A stretch of 64,000 nt of DNA from Candidatus Eiseniibacteriota bacterium (GCA_963702435.1 CAVPCR010000001.1:224001-288000), one strand, 5' to 3'. Positions 16,506 to 26,109 are shown, numbered from the stretch's first letter. Numbers and translations are program-made. The notes: generated by a model not told the origin, from the sequence alone.

Positions 16506-17624
16506 CTAGCGCTGCCGGGCGTTGTACTCAATCTGTTCGAGCTCGAAGCGGCCGTAGGCGAACTCGCCATCTGCCGGGTGCCATCGAGCCTCGCCATGGA
16601 CGCTGACGCGGTGCGGACCGAACGCACGGTAGTCAGCCACGGGCGTCGACCATCGAGTGCTCGTGAACGTCTTGCCGTCGGAAGATGATCGTAGACGATC
16701 GTCAGACCAGAAATTGGTCAGCTCGCCAGAGTCGTTGAACGAGAGTTCCGCGCTGATCGTGTGCCCTGCGTTCGTGAAGAGGGCCCTGACGGTCCGTGAG
16801 TCGACCTCTTCCCAGCGGATACGCCGGGTAATGAGCGCCCCAGGCGCAAGCACGCACATGTCGTTCAATAGTGTGACCGTCTCGGCCCTGTCCATGTCCG
16901 GCCCCTTGGCATCGGCCACCCGAAGGAGTGACGCGACCTTCACGCGCATCGTTGCCGAAGGCCCGAGATACATGTGAAGCGCTTGAAACGGAACCCCGAA
17001 CATCGAGGCTTCCATGAAAAAGAGACGGGACGGATCGTCGAAGGAGTTGAGCTGATCAGCCGTGAAGGTCATCCATCGTGCGTTCGGCCCGCTGCGAATC
17101 TGGCCGCGAAAACGCGCGCGAAAGTTCTGGACCCGCGGCTGCCCGACGGCGCCCGCGGTCCGCAGGTAGTTCTGGACAACGACAGGCAGATGGGCGAGAT
17201 CGGCATCTGTGATGACCGACGTGCCGGCGGCGCGTCCCAATTCGCGCTCAACCGCGCGATCATACTCCGCACGAAAACTCGACGGCCCCTGCGACAGAAA
17301 CCCGAACACCACCCCCACCAGCAGGATGCCGTTTGCGATGGTGCCATACTTCGCTTCGTTCCAGGATGTGATGATCACGGCCTGCGAGACTACGACGGCC
17401 AGTATGCCCGCTACCCACCACCATCGTGGCCAAACATAGAGCGAGGTCGCGGTTGCGAGGAAAAGCGCCGCAGCAAGCAGCCAGAGAAGGGCCGCGGACT
17501 TCGAGATTGGCAGCGTCAGCTGCGGAAGCTCAGCGAACCCAAACGCCTTCGCTGGTCCCATCAGATGAATGAGGCCATGAACGAGCATAAGAAGCGCGAA
17601 AAGCAGTTTCATCTTCAAGTACAC
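16506..17624 (-). CDS. DUF6544-like membrane-anchored protein (first cassette)
   Basis: N-terminal HGLIHLMG TM region, LAHLPVVVQNYL, ETVTLLNDMC, NFWSDDR and WSTPV motifs. GAGGA SD before the GTG. Confidence 0.8.
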   Translation of the reverse strand: MYLKMKLLFALLMLVHGLIHLMGPAKAFGFAELPQLTLPISKSAALLWLLAAALFLATATSLYVWPRWWWVAGILAVVVSQAVIITSWNEAKYGTIANGILLVGVVFGFLSQGPSSFRAEYDRAVERELGRAAGTSVITDADLAHLPVVVQNYLRTAGAVGQPRVQNFRARFRGQIRSGPNARWMTFTADQLNSFDDPSRLFFMEASMFGVPFQALHMYLGPSATMRVKVASLLRVADAKGPDMDRAETVTLLNDMCVLAPGALITRRIRWEEVDSRTVRALFTNAGHTISAELSFNDSGELTNFWSDDRLRSSSDGKTFTSTRWSTPVADYRAFGPHRVSVHGEARWHPADGEFAYGRFELEQIEYNARQR

Positions 17625-17671
17625 CGTTTCCTCGAGAGGCTTTGCTTCCCCGGTGCGGTACCCCGAAGCCG

Positions 17672-18391
17672 CCTAACGCTGTCATGTCCCGTGAACTCGT
17701 CTCGCCGCAACCCCGCTCCCCGAGCGGCGGCCATCGCCCCACCCGGCGACGACGCCCGCTCGCGTCAAACGCTGTCGCGTCTTGTGAACTCGCTCGTCTC
17801 GCCGCAGCCCCCGCTCCCCGAGCGCCGGCCATCGCCCCACCCGGCCACGACGCCCGCTCGCGTCAAACGCTGTCGCGTCTTGTGAACTCGCTCGTCTCGC
17901 CGCAGCCCCCGCTCCCCGAGCGCCGGCCATCGCCCCACCCGGCCACGACGCCCGCTCGCGTCAAACGCTGTCGCGTCTTGTGAACTCGCTCGTCTCGCCG
18001 CAGCTCCGCTCCCGAGCGCCGGCCATCGTTCCACCCGGCGACGACGCCCGCTCGCGTCAAACGCTGTCGCGTCTTGTGAACTCGCTCGTCTCGCCGCAAC
18101 CCCGCTCCCCGAGCGGCGCTCATCGCCCCACCCGGCGACGACACCCGCTCGCGTCAAACGCTGTCGCGTCTTGTGAACTCGTCTCGCCGCAACCCCGCTC
18201 CCCGAGCGGCGCTCATCGCCCCACCCGGCGACGACGCCCGCTCGCGTCAAACGCTGTCGCGTCTTGTGAACTCGCTCGTCTCGCCGCAGCTCCGCTCCCC
18301 GAGCGGCGCCCATCGCCCCACCCGGCGACGACGCCCGCTCGCGTCAAACGCTGTCGCGTCTTGTGAACTCGCTCGTCTCGCCGCAGCTCCG
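17672..18391. repeat. Tandem direct repeat, ~93-98 bp unit, ~7.5 copies
   Basis: TCAAACGCTGTCGCGTCTTGTGAACTC starts at 17765, 17863, 17961, 18057, 18154, 18247 and 18344; variant CCTAACGCTGTCATGTCCCGTGAACTC at 17672. No unique spacers. Confidence 0.95.
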
Positions 18392-18579
18392 CGCCCGGCG
18401 GATGCCCACTTCGATTTCACTACGCGCAGAACGGCGCGGATGCGAGATCATCCCATGCCGCGCCCGTTCGCGGCGAGCGCGATCACCCCTTCCCGCGTGA
18501 CTGCGTTTCCCACTCGCGAAGCATGCGCATACATGCCCGGCCCCGTCATCCTCCGGCAGTGCATTCCCTGCGCATCTAT

Positions 18580-18595
18580 TGCACGAACCGTGCCG
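18580..18595 (-). promoter_or_regulatory. Putative sigma54 -24/-12 promoter
   Basis: CGGCACGGTTCGTGCA (GG-N10-GC), pointing toward the repeats and cassettes. Confidence 0.5.
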
Positions 18596-18686
18596 CAGCG
18601 CCGAGGGAGATGTCAGGCAGGATAGGCGCTTCTAGTGCTTCCCCGAGGCACATGCGGCTCACCCACCCGGCCGGAGTGCGCACGCC

Positions 18687-18704
18687 GTTGTCACTCTCGA
18701 CAAC
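18687..18704. promoter_or_regulatory. Palindromic putative activator-binding site
   Basis: GTTGTC-actctc-GACAAC, ~90 bp upstream of the sigma54-like motif. Confidence 0.35.
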
Positions 18705-18775
18705 CCCGTTGCCGGCCGGCAGTGCAGGACTGCGAGGCCGGCACGCATCCGGCTGGAGTTCGATGGCGCGCGGGA

Positions 18776-19177
18776 TCACTCGATGTCCACCGTGATCTCC
18801 TGTCCTGCCACCTCGACCCGGTCGCCACGATGGAGTCGTCGCCCGCGCCGCGTCTCGACCTCCCCGTTCACGCGCACCTCGCCGTCCCGGATCAGGAGCT
18901 TGGCCTGGCCGCCGGTGGGCGTGATGCCGGCCCACTTGAGGAACTGGTCGAGCTTGATACCCGGGCCACGCGCTGCCGGGTCCCGCTCGTCCATCGAGGC
19001 CCGCTCGTCCATCGGGTCCCGCTCGTCCATCGAGGCCCCCTCGTTCATCGGGTCCCGCTCGTCCATCGGGTCCCGCTCGTCCATCGAGGCCCCATCGTTC
19101 ATCGGACCCTCCTCACCCATCGAGGCTCCATCCTCCGCTCCGCGGCCCTCGTCTCCGCCGACCATTGCGACGATCAT
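18776..19177 (-). CDS. RNA-binding S4 domain protein (YaaA/YbcJ-like) with repetitive N-terminal extension
   Basis: IKLDQFLKWAG...GGQAKLLIRDGEVRVNGEVETRRGRRL. Start uncertain because many in-frame ATGs lie in 18-nt repeats. Confidence 0.85.
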   Translation of the reverse strand: MIVAMVGGDEGRGAEDGASMGEEGPMNDGASMDERDPMDERDPMNEGASMDERDPMDERASMDERDPAARGPGIKLDQFLKWAGITPTGGQAKLLIRDGEVRVNGEVETRRGRRLHRGDRVEVAGQEITVDIE

Positions 19178-19242
19178 CCGTCTCCTCCTCCTCCCTGCTA
19201 CCATAGGCGCGTTGCCTCGCGAAGACCAGGCTCCCTGATCCC

Positions 19243-20427
19243 ATGCCTCCATCTGTCGTCGAGATCCTTCTCCAGCGCTCAACCCGCGGCACGACCGGCG
19301 GCACCACCCGCGGCACCACCCGCGGCACCACCGGTCGCACCGCCCCGCCACCGCAGCCAACCCCACCTCCGCCGGCCGTCCCACCTCCGCCGGCCGTCCC
19401 GCCGGCCGTCCCGCCGGCGATCGCGGCCGGCCCGCGTACCGCCCTGGTCATCCAGGGAGGAGCAATGCGCGGCGTATTCACGGCGGGAGCGCTCTGCGCG
19501 CTCGAAGCGCTCGGTTTGCGCGGGGCCTTCGATGCGGTCTACGGATCCTCGGCCGGCGCCGTCAACGGCGCCTACTTCCTCACCGGGCAGGTCACCCTCG
19601 GCACGTCGATCTACTACGAGGACATCAACAACCGCACCTTCCTCGACTGGCGACGCATCATCGCCGGCACCGCCGTCGACATCGACTTCTGCTACGAGGA
19701 GGTGGTCGGGCAGCGAAAACGCCTCGACCTCCCGGGCCTCCTCGCGAGCCCCACTCCGCTCCACCTCTTCACGACCCACGTCGCGGAGGCCCGCGCCGAG
19801 CGCTTCACCCAGGCGGACATCGCGACCCCGCGCGATCTCCTGACCCTCCTCAAAGCCTCGGCGGCCATGCCTCTCGTCTACCGCCGCCCGGTCGTCCACC
19901 GCGGAGCCCGGCACGTGGACGGGGCGCTCCTGGTCCCGGTGCCCCTCCTCGAGGCGATCGCCGGCGGCGCGACGCACATCCTGGTCCTCCTGAGCCGCCC
20001 GCTCGCGACCGCGGCGCGGACGCCGCAGGCCGCCCTCATGCCGCTCGTCCTCCGCTCGATCGACCGGCGGCGGTACCATGCGCTCGCCCGCGCCTGGGGC
20101 ACGGGCCAGGAGCATCTGCGCGCGGCGATCGCCCTCCTCGCCGCCGCGACCTCCGCCGAAAACAACGCCATGGCGCAAAAAAAGACGGGGGGCGGCGTGC
20201 ACCTGGCGGTGATCGCGCCTCCTCCCGTCTTTTCCGTCACGCGCTGGACGACCGACCGCGCGGCGCTCCTCGCCGCCGCCGAGCTCGGCGCCCGCCGCAC
20301 GCTCGCCCTGTTCGGACCCGCGGGTGCCGCGCTCGCGCCGCGCGACGCCCTCGGCCCGGAGGCGGCTCCCTACTTCGCGAGCACCATGCTCCGCGCCGCG
20401 GAGAAGCCCGGCGCCTCGACGCGGTAG
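19243..20427 (+). CDS. Patatin-like phospholipase family protein
   Basis: GGAMRG, GSSAG and DGA motifs; low-complexity Thr/Pro-rich N-terminus. Confidence 0.88.
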   Translation: MPPSVVEILLQRSTRGTTGGTTRGTTRGTTGRTAPPPQPTPPPPAVPPPPAVPPAVPPAIAAGPRTALVIQGGAMRGVFTAGALCALEALGLRGAFDAVYGSSAGAVNGAYFLTGQVTLGTSIYYEDINNRTFLDWRRIIAGTAVDIDFCYEEVVGQRKRLDLPGLLASPTPLHLFTTHVAEARAERFTQADIATPRDLLTLLKASAAMPLVYRRPVVHRGARHVDGALLVPVPLLEAIAGGATHILVLLSRPLATAARTPQAALMPLVLRSIDRRRYHALARAWGTGQEHLRAAIALLAAATSAENNAMAQKKTGGGVHLAVIAPPPVFSVTRWTTDRAALLAAAELGARRTLALFGPAGAALAPRDALGPEAAPYFASTMLRAAEKPGASTR

Positions 20428-22799
20428 TAGTAGACCCCGCTCGCCACCGGTGCCGCCCCGTCGTTCCGCCCGTCCCAGGTCACCGACTGCTCACCGGGCC
20501 CGAACCGCCGATCGTCGGCCAGCACGCGCACCGTGCGACCGGCCGCGTCGAAGATGCGGATCCGGACCGGGGCCTCCGCGGCAAGCTCGAAGCGGATCGC
20601 GGTCTGCGGATTGAATGGATTCGGGAAGTTGCCATGGAGAGCCGGACGGCCGGCCCCGGCCACCTGATCGGGATCGAGACCGGTGGTCGCTCCGTCGTCG
20701 TAGATCTGGAAGTCGTCGACCGCAGCCTCCACGATCGAACCGGGCGAGATGTCGCGCGCCGTGAAGCGGACGCGGAACTGAGCGATGGGCAGCGTGAGCA
20801 CATCACCGAGGCGGACGGTCACGTGCCGCCAGGAGGCCTGCGCGACGAGCGTGTTCTCGATCGCCGTCCAGTTCGTGCCGCCGTTCCCGCTCACCTCGAC
20901 CACCCACGGATCGTCGGCCGAGCCGTTGGCGTCGTTCGAGAACCAGCGCCAGTAATCGAGCACCGGGTCGGCGAGTGCCGTCAGACCGAAGATCTGTGTG
21001 GTGAGGACGGTCGAGCCGTTGTCGACATCGGCATCGCCGATGGCGCCGCCGGGGAGCCCGTTCCCGGTCACCCAGCAGAGGACGCCCGGGGCCGGCGTGT
21101 GATCGTCCTCGGGCTGCACCGGCGCAGCGCCGTTGAAGGTGCCGACCGGATCCACCCGCACCCACTGGCCGGCGGTCGCGTTGCCGCTCACGGTCCAGGC
21201 CCCGGGGCTCGTCTCCATGTCGCTCGCGAAGTAGGCGGCGGTGAGCGTGAAATCGCGCGTCGCCTGCTGGGCGGCGGTGATCGTCACCGGGAGGGACTGG
21301 GCGGCGAACCCGAACCTGGACGCGGTCGCGGCGTAGCTGCCGGCGGGGACGGCGGCGAAGGTGTAGATCCCGCTCGCATTGGTCGCCGTGGCGAGCGGCG
21401 TCCCCTCGATGACCACGGCCGCCCCCGCGAGCGGGGACTGATTCGCATCGCGCACGACGCCGGTGAGCGAGCCCGCGGCGAGCGGCGCCAGATCGAAGTC
21501 GAGAGTCGTCGTGACGCCGGTCGCCACGCTCGCCCCGGCCGATCCCGGCGCATAGCCGAACACCGAGCAGTCGATCGTGTACGCGCCCGGGAGGAGCGGG
21601 AACGAGTAGAAGCCCTGCGCGTTCGTGAGGCGCGTGTCGTTCGTCTCCGCCACCTCGACCAGCGCGCCGGCGATCGGCGCGAGCGTCTGCGCATCGCGCA
21701 CCGTGCCGGCGAGGGTGCCGAGCAAGTTCGAGTAGCGCAGGATGAAGGTGCCCGACTGCATGTCGCTCAAGTAGGCGATGGTCGGATCCTGGGCGAAGGA
21801 GTAGCAGCCCCAGGCCCCGGCGTAGCCCGATCCGTTCTGGATGTGCGTGTCGTACCAACCCACCGGCTGGATGTCGTACGGATCGCTCACGTCGAAGACG
21901 CGGAGGCCGTCCTTGTACCAGGCGACGTAGCAGAGATTCCCGCGGAGGTACGCGTTGTGGACGATGGCCCCGTTCGGCGAGGCGAAGTCATCGGTCTGGG
22001 CCACCGCCGGCAGGTTCGAGATGTCCCACATCTTGAGCGTGAAACCGGCGACCTCGTCGGTGGTCACCAGGTAGTTGCTGTCCGCCGAGGGCCAGGTGTT
22101 GTGGGTCGAGGCCCCGGGATAGGTCCACTGGGCGAGGATGGGCGGCGTGCCGGCGTTCCGGACGTCGAGCACGTAGACGATCCCGTCGTAGATGGAGGCG
22201 GCGTACGCCGTGCCGTCCAGGATCGAGATGTCGTGGACATAGTTCGTGGTCCACGTGCCGCGGAGCGTCGGGCTGGCGGGGCTCACATTGGCATCGAGGA
22301 TGACGAGCCCGCGGCTGGGCTGTCCGGAACCCGGATTGGTGCCGCACACGTAGAGCAAGCCGGTCTGCGGATCGGCCTTGATCTCGTGCGCCGTCGCGTA
22401 GAAGAAGGCGGGCGGGTTGAGGGTCGCGACGAGGGCCGGCTGGAGCGGATTCGAGAGATCCACGACCTGGAGCGCGGCCCCGGTCCCCTCGGTCACGATG
22501 TAGCAGTACGAACCGAGGGTGGCCATCTCCCGCCAGGTCGAGTTCGGTCCGGGGATGAACGCCACCTCGTAGGCATTGGCGGGGTCGGTGGCGTTGATGA
22601 AGCTCGTGCCGCTCACCGTTCCCGAGATCGCGAGCTCGGTGCCGTTGGGTGCCGTGTAACCCCAGTTGCCGCTGTAGGTCTCGCCGCGATCGAGGTTCTT
22701 GAGCAGGATCACGTTCTCGGGGGGGTTCACCTGGGCGGTGGCGGCGGCAGCCGCCGCGAGCCCGGCGAGTACGACGAGGCCAATGATGGATTGACGCAT
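20370..22799 (-). CDS. Secreted choice-of-anchor B family protein with carboxypeptidase-regulatory-like repeats and FlgD-type C-terminal domain
   Basis: Signal peptide; WGY, WREM, YVHD, THNTW, VHN and GAWG LVIVD-like repeats; two GTVRD beta-sandwich domains; NFPNPFNP...WDG...SGVYYYR. Confidence 0.85.
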   Translation of the reverse strand: MRQSIIGLVVLAGLAAAAAATAQVNPPENVILLKNLDRGETYSGNWGYTAPNGTELAISGTVSGTSFINATDPANAYEVAFIPGPNSTWREMATLGSYCYIVTEGTGAALQVVDLSNPLQPALVATLNPPAFFYATAHEIKADPQTGLLYVCGTNPGSGQPSRGLVILDANVSPASPTLRGTWTTNYVHDISILDGTAYAASIYDGIVYVLDVRNAGTPPILAQWTYPGASTHNTWPSADSNYLVTTDEVAGFTLKMWDISNLPAVAQTDDFASPNGAIVHNAYLRGNLCYVAWYKDGLRVFDVSDPYDIQPVGWYDTHIQNGSGYAGAWGCYSFAQDPTIAYLSDMQSGTFILRYSNLLGTLAGTVRDAQTLAPIAGALVEVAETNDTRLTNAQGFYSFPLLPGAYTIDCSVFGYAPGSAGASVATGVTTTLDFDLAPLAAGSLTGVVRDANQSPLAGAAVVIEGTPLATATNASGIYTFAAVPAGSYAATASRFGFAAQSLPVTITAAQQATRDFTLTAAYFASDMETSPGAWTVSGNATAGQWVRVDPVGTFNGAAPVQPEDDHTPAPGVLCWVTGNGLPGGAIGDADVDNGSTVLTTQIFGLTALADPVLDYWRWFSNDANGSADDPWVVEVSGNGGTNWTAIENTLVAQASWRHVTVRLGDVLTLPIAQFRVRFTARDISPGSIVEAAVDDFQIYDDGATTGLDPDQVAGAGRPALHGNFPNPFNPQTAIRFELAAEAPVRIRIFDAAGRTVRVLADDRRFGPGEQSVTWDGRNDGAAPVASGVYYYRVEAPGFSAARSMVLAK

Positions 22800-23088
22800 C
22801 GAGACGCTCCTCGCGGGTCTGTGAGTCGCGGGCGTGTGAGTCGCACCGGGGGGTGAGGAAGGTCCGAACCCGGTGGGGCCGGGGGACCGGGAGCCGGGGG
22901 GCTCGGGGCATCCGGGACTTCCAGGACTTCCAGCCAGTAATCAGAGCGGAGCGCGTCCGCCAGGACGCGCTCCGCTGGCGCCGATCATTATAGCCGATGC
23001 GCGGGCCGCGGGCCAGGGGTGGCACCGGCGGCTGCCGGCGGCACGCAGATCCTCCCGGCCGGCCACGGCCGGGAGGGCGGCGGGAGTT

Positions 23089-23436
23089 CTAGCCCTTGGG
23101 CGCGTAGCTCCCCAGGGCGTCCGCCACCGAGTCGTAGGACTCGAAGACGCCGGAGAGCTTGGTGATGACGAGCAGGCTCGAGATCTTCTTCTCGATCGCG
23201 CAGAGCTTCACCGTGCCGCCTCGCTGCGTGTAGTTCGTGTGCGCGGAGACCAGGAGGCCGAGGGCGGTCGAGTTGAGATGGTTCACCTTGCCCAGGTCGA
23301 GCACCAGGTGCTTGTTGTCCTTCTTCTTCAGGTCCTCGATCGCTTCACGGAGCTCGACGATCTTGTCGTCGCTCCACAGCGTGCCCTCGGGCGAGAGCAC
23401 CGCCACCGGGCCATGCATGCTGACCTTGACTGCCAT
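23089..23436 (-). CDS. STAS-domain anti-sigma factor antagonist
   Basis: LVLDLGKVNHLNSTALGLLV...LLVITKL; 115 aa. Confidence 0.88.
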   Translation of the reverse strand: MAVKVSMHGPVAVLSPEGTLWSDDKIVELREAIEDLKKKDNKHLVLDLGKVNHLNSTALGLLVSAHTNYTQRGGTVKLCAIEKKISSLLVITKLSGVFESYDSVADALGSYAPKG

Positions 23437-23531
23437 TCGATCCCTCCGGGTTCACGCCTGACACGCTCGATCACGTCCCGGGCCATGGAGAACAGGAAGT
23501 CGAGCTCCCCGCCGCCGCCGGACCGCGGATC

Positions 23532-24317
23532 CTAGTAGAGCTGGAACTTGAACGGAATGGCGACCCACACCGCCACCGGCTTCTTGTTCTGCATCGCCGG
23601 CCGGAACACCGCGTTCTTGGCGGCGTCGAGCGCGGCCTGGTCGAGGATGCCGTTGACGCCCTTGCCGACGATCGCGTCCTTGACCTTGCCGTCCTTGCCC
23701 ACCAGCACCTTGACGATGACCGTGCCCTCGATCTTCGCCATCTGCGCCAGCTCGGGATAGACCGGCTGCGGGCGCTCGACGAGCACCGGCTGGTCTTCGT
23801 ACGGCACGAACTCGTCGGGGGAAGGCAGCGCCTCTTCCTGGATGACGAGATCGCCGCCGCCCTCGGTACCCCAGGGCACGCCCTCGCTCAGGTCGGAGCC
23901 GAGTCCGGTGTCGCCCTCGGTGCCGGCGAAGGGGATCTGCGCCTGGCTCGCGATGGTCGTCACCTCCGCCTCCTCCTTCGGCACCGGGACCGGGATACCG
24001 GTCGGCGGGGCCTTGAAGGTCGGGGCCTTGAAGGAGAACTTGGGCGGCTCGACCGGTGCCTGCGCCAGCGACGGCGGGGCCGCGATGTCGCGGTACGGCA
24101 CGAGTCGCACCTGGCGGGTCTTGGCCTGCGCCTCCGCCACGCGCTTCCGGTAGGCCGAGATGCCCATCGTGGTGAGCATCGACGAGAACATGAGCACGAT
24201 CGTGAGCACGAACGCGACCGTGAAGTAGCGCTGGTACTTCGACCGTGTGAGTTGCCTCGCCTGTGGACCGATGTAGTCGATCAGGGGGCGCTCGGAGAGA
24301 TAGGTGCGAAAGCTCAC
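23532..24317 (-). CDS. tonB: Energy transducer TonB
   Basis: N-terminal TM, Pro-rich linker, YPELAQMAKIEGTVIVKVLV...FRPAMQNKKPV. Confidence 0.9.
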   Translation of the reverse strand: MSFRTYLSERPLIDYIGPQARQLTRSKYQRYFTVAFVLTIVLMFSSMLTTMGISAYRKRVAEAQAKTRQVRLVPYRDIAAPPSLAQAPVEPPKFSFKAPTFKAPPTGIPVPVPKEEAEVTTIASQAQIPFAGTEGDTGLGSDLSEGVPWGTEGGGDLVIQEEALPSPDEFVPYEDQPVLVERPQPVYPELAQMAKIEGTVIVKVLVGKDGKVKDAIVGKGVNGILDQAALDAAKNAVFRPAMQNKKPVAVWVAIPFKFQLY

Positions 24318-24811
24318 GACCCGGTCCCCCCTCCGCCCGGCAGGGCGAGCTTGTCATCCTCGGAGAGCGGGGCCAGGCTGTATCGCTCGAGCTTGCCGAG
24401 AATCACCTCGTCGAGGATGTCCACCATGAAGTGGTAGGGCGCACCCCGATCGATCTTGATCACGGCGCAGAGAGCCGGATTCGTGCTCCGGTGCTCGTAG
24501 ACGATCTTGTTGACCTCTTTGACCTCGACCGGCGTCGGATCGTCGAACCCGAGGTTCCAGTAGGTCTTGCCGTCCTTGTCGACGAGGATCTGCAGCACGT
24601 TCTCCTCGGCCACCTCGACGTCGTTCTTCTCGCTCGGCAGGGTGATCTCGAGAGCCTGCGGCCGGCGGAAGACAGTCGTCACCATGAAGAAGATGAGGAG
24701 CAGGAAGGCCACGTCGACCATCGGGGTCATGTCGATCCTGATCCCGCGGCGTAGCTTCTTGCGCTTGCCTTTCTGCTTGGGACCGCCGCCACCGACGTCT
24801 ACCGCGCCCAT
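24314..24811 (-). CDS. exbD: Biopolymer transporter ExbD
   Basis: IDMTPMVDVAFLLLIFFMVTT motif. Confidence 0.9.
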   Translation of the reverse strand: MGAVDVGGGGPKQKGKRKKLRRGIRIDMTPMVDVAFLLLIFFMVTTVFRRPQALEITLPSEKNDVEVAEENVLQILVDKDGKTYWNLGFDDPTPVEVKEVNKIVYEHRSTNPALCAVIKIDRGAPYHFMVDILDEVILGKLERYSLAPLSEDDKLALPGGGGTGS

Positions 24812-25353
24812 GTTTCACCTCGCTTCTCGGCCGCCCCGGCCGCCGCGCCCGGCGCCTGCGCCAGCCGATCGTCCCGTCCGGTCTCGAGAGAGCTCGTCCC
24901 CCCCTCCGGGAGCGCCTTGCCGCCTTCTTCCTTCTGCGCGCCCTCGCCCTCGGTCATGAGCACGAAGCGGTTGGTGCGCTCGGCCTGGAGGATGTCCATC
25001 ACGTCCTCCATGATCCCGTACTCGCAGTTGCGATCGGCCTTGACGATCATACGCACGCGCGGATTTCTCGTGCGCTCGGTACGCACCCAGGATCCGACCT
25101 GGTCCTTTAGCAGCTTCTGGGCGGGCGAGCGCGGATCGTCCTGCACGTACAGCTCACCGCTCCGCGTGATCGAGAGGATGAGGACGTTCGTCTCCGGGAC
25201 CTTGTACTCGGCGTTCGAGCTGGGGAGGTCGATCGTGACCTCCTCCGGCGGCTTGAACGTCGTCGTGGTCATGAAGAAGATCAACAGCAGGAAGGCCACA
25301 TCGACCATGGGGGTCATGTCGATGTTGACCCCGATTCGCTTAGGCTTGCGCAA
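24799..25353 (-). CDS. exbD: Biopolymer transporter ExbD
   Basis: IDMTPMVDVAFLLLIFFMTTT and IVKADR motifs. Confidence 0.9.
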   Translation of the reverse strand: MRKPKRIGVNIDMTPMVDVAFLLLIFFMTTTTFKPPEEVTIDLPSSNAEYKVPETNVLILSITRSGELYVQDDPRSPAQKLLKDQVGSWVRTERTRNPRVRMIVKADRNCEYGIMEDVMDILQAERTNRFVLMTEGEGAQKEEGGKALPEGGTSSLETGRDDRLAQAPGAAAGAAEKRGETWAR

Positions 25354-26080
25354 CCTGGTTTCCCTTCCCCTTGGCGGTGACCTGGTCCAGCATCTCGTGG
25401 GCCGCCTCGTCGATCGTGTGGTTCAGCGAGTCGACCTTGTTGACGAAGAAGTTGTAGGCGACGATCGCGATGATGGCGACGGTCAGCCCGCCGGCGGTGT
25501 TGACCAGCGCCTCGGAGATACCGAGGGCGAGCTGGATGGCGTCGGGCGCGCCGGTGGTGGCCATGGCCGCGAACGAGCGGATCATACCGATGGTCGTGCC
25601 GAGGAGCCCCACCATGGTCGCGATCGACGCGATGGTGGAGAGCGCGATCAGGTTCCGCTCGAGAATGGGAGCCTCGAGGGCGTTCGCCTCCTCGATGGCG
25701 CGGCGGGTGTAGTCCTGGCGCTCGTAGTCGGACAGGTTGAAGCTGATCGCGTCCTGGAAGCTGACGAGCCCGGCGCGCAGCACGTTGGCGAGCGAACCGC
25801 CCTGCTTCTCGCAGACCGCCATCGCCTGCTCCGCGTTGCCCGACTGCACTTCCTGGCGGAACCGGCGCACGAAGGTGTGCAGATTGCCCTTGCCCTCGGC
25901 GCGCTTGAGCGTGATGAAGCGCTCGAAGATGAAGGTCAAAGCAAGGATGAAGAGCACGATGAGCAGCATGACCAGCGGGCCGCCGGCCTTGATGTTCTCC
26001 GGCAGGAAGTTGTCGAACACGACCCACGCGATCACACACGCGACGATCAGGACGATGGTGAAGAACAGCGACTGTCTCAC
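25340..26080 (-). CDS. exbB: MotA/TolQ/ExbB proton channel family protein
   Basis: LSTIASIATMVGLLGTTIGMIRSF and GISEALVNTAGGL motifs. Confidence 0.9.
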   Translation of the reverse strand: MRQSLFFTIVLIVACVIAWVVFDNFLPENIKAGGPLVMLLIVLFILALTFIFERFITLKRAEGKGNLHTFVRRFRQEVQSGNAEQAMAVCEKQGGSLANVLRAGLVSFQDAISFNLSDYERQDYTRRAIEEANALEAPILERNLIALSTIASIATMVGLLGTTIGMIRSFAAMATTGAPDAIQLALGISEALVNTAGGLTVAIIAIVAYNFFVNKVDSLNHTIDEAAHEMLDQVTAKGKGNQVAQA

Positions 26081-26109
26081 GTTACGTTTCCTCCTTGCGA
26101 TCCGAGTCC

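Larger units (their letters stand above)
13748..17677 (-). mobile_element. Integron gene-cassette array without integrase in the window (CALIN-like)
   Basis: Four attC-like hairpins alternate with co-oriented, visibly lower-GC ORFs. The array begins at GTTAGGC (17677-17671). No tyrosine recombinase in the window. Confidence 0.85.

Noticed and set aside
17672..18391. CRISPR array
   Set aside because: The entire ~97-bp unit is repeated with no unique spacers, and there are no cas genes in the window.
17530..18625. ORFs across the tandem repeat (e.g. 17765-18313)
   Set aside because: Translations merely mirror the repeat; no convincing SD or domain.
20370..20427. Functional antisense overlap of the patatin and choice-of-anchor B 3' ends (also 33055-33086)
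   Set aside because: Short convergent overlaps are common in high-GC genomes; nothing points to regulation.
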